DNA from: a virus
Taxonomy: Duplodnaviria > Heunggongvirae > Uroviricota > Caudoviricetes
DNA length: 15,308 nucleotides
IMG/VR virus record: IMGVR_UViG_3300048588_000114
Span: 1 to 15,308 of that record
Direction: 5' to 3' (one strand)
Of the stretch, positions 14,941-15,308 are shown one piece after another. The notes under the pieces were generated by a model. That model saw only the letters and a list, made by a program, of their open reading frames with translations, was not told the DNA's origin and did not search any database. How positions within the stretch are numbered: position 1 is the first letter of the stretch; each line of letters starts with the position of its first letter. Position numbers and translations under genes: made by a program.

Positions 14941-15302
14941 AGAAAGAGCGAACGCAAGAAGACATACTCAGGGCGTTAGGTGTTTGGCCTACTAGAGCTA
15001 AGAAAAAATATCTACCTAAAGGAAAGGATTTAGTTAGGGTTCGCAATGTTGTTCGGCTTGTTAACAAAAAGGTTTGCCCAGATAAGCCTAAATTTTGTGG
15101 GTTCTTTCCAACAATTGAAAATCCTGAACTGAAGTTTTATGTTGCCACATCTAACTTTTACTTGGATGAAAGTCCGGTATATAGGCACGTACAGAAAATA
15201 GTCAAGAAGATGTATCCTGACCTTAATGTTCACTTTGTTCATCTCTATTCAAAAGAGATATACTACAACTTCACCCGTAACAACGGAATCTATATTATCT
15301 AA
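14937..15302 (+). CDS. Hypothetical protein (possible paralog of the previous gene)
   Basis: 121-aa ORF, translationally coupled via ATGA. Shares PKF, V-T..(F/W)..L...SP and LN..F motifs with 14611..14940. Confidence 0.65.
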   Translation: MKKERTQEDILRALGVWPTRAKKKYLPKGKDLVRVRNVVRLVNKKVCPDKPKFCGFFPTIENPELKFYVATSNFYLDESPVYRHVQKIVKKMYPDLNVHFVHLYSKEIYYNFTRNNGIYII

Positions 15303-15308
15303 GGTTTA

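Noticed and set aside
410-15242. Minus-strand ORFs in the track (e.g. 1342-1641, 8865-9284, 10285-10710, 13034-13348) and short alternative-frame + ORFs (11743-11931)
   Set aside because: All lie within or across well-supported + strand genes, show Ser/Leu/Ile-rich antisense composition, and have no motifs. They are shadow ORFs.
1-15308. Stop-codon reassignment (as in some crAss-like phages)
   Set aside because: Long genes are uninterrupted in the standard code, and TAA, TGA and TAG are all used as real stops.
1-15308. Apparent abundance of CCGG and scarcity of CCWGG (restriction-site bias)
   Set aside because: This is only an impression from reading. It needs a genome-wide k-mer count against a Markov background, which I cannot run.

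Overview
Gene-dense, AT-rich segment with every credible gene on the + strand and in the standard genetic code. It is most consistent with the DNA replication/recombination/nucleotide-metabolism region of a large dsDNA phage or prophage-like element. The host is probably a Bacteroidota, inferred from start codons with A-rich leaders and no Shine-Dalgarno. Gene order: PanD aspartate 1-decarboxylase (with a C-terminal extension), thymidylate-synthase-superfamily enzyme with dUMP-hydroxymethylase-type motifs, DnaE-type DNA polymerase III alpha, YfbR/DatZ-like HD nucleotidase, DUF3310 (T7 gp1.7-like) protein, UvsY-like mediator, gp32-like SSB with a long charged tail, intrinsic terminator, RecA/UvsX, SbcD/Mre11, SbcC/Rad50, RuvC-like resolvase, small Cys-rich protein, sigma-70-like factor, and four hypothetical proteins (the last two look paralogous). 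The most interesting element is the 5' cluster (129-6571). It reads like a pathway to make, activate and incorporate a non-canonical thymidine (probably 5-hydroxymethyl-dU), coupled to a pyruvoyl-dependent decarboxylase that could supply an amine for a base hypermodification I do not know to be described. That link is a hypothesis. All family assignments come from motif recognition by eye, and no database search was run. I saw no RNA genes, CRISPR arrays, integrase or transposase.
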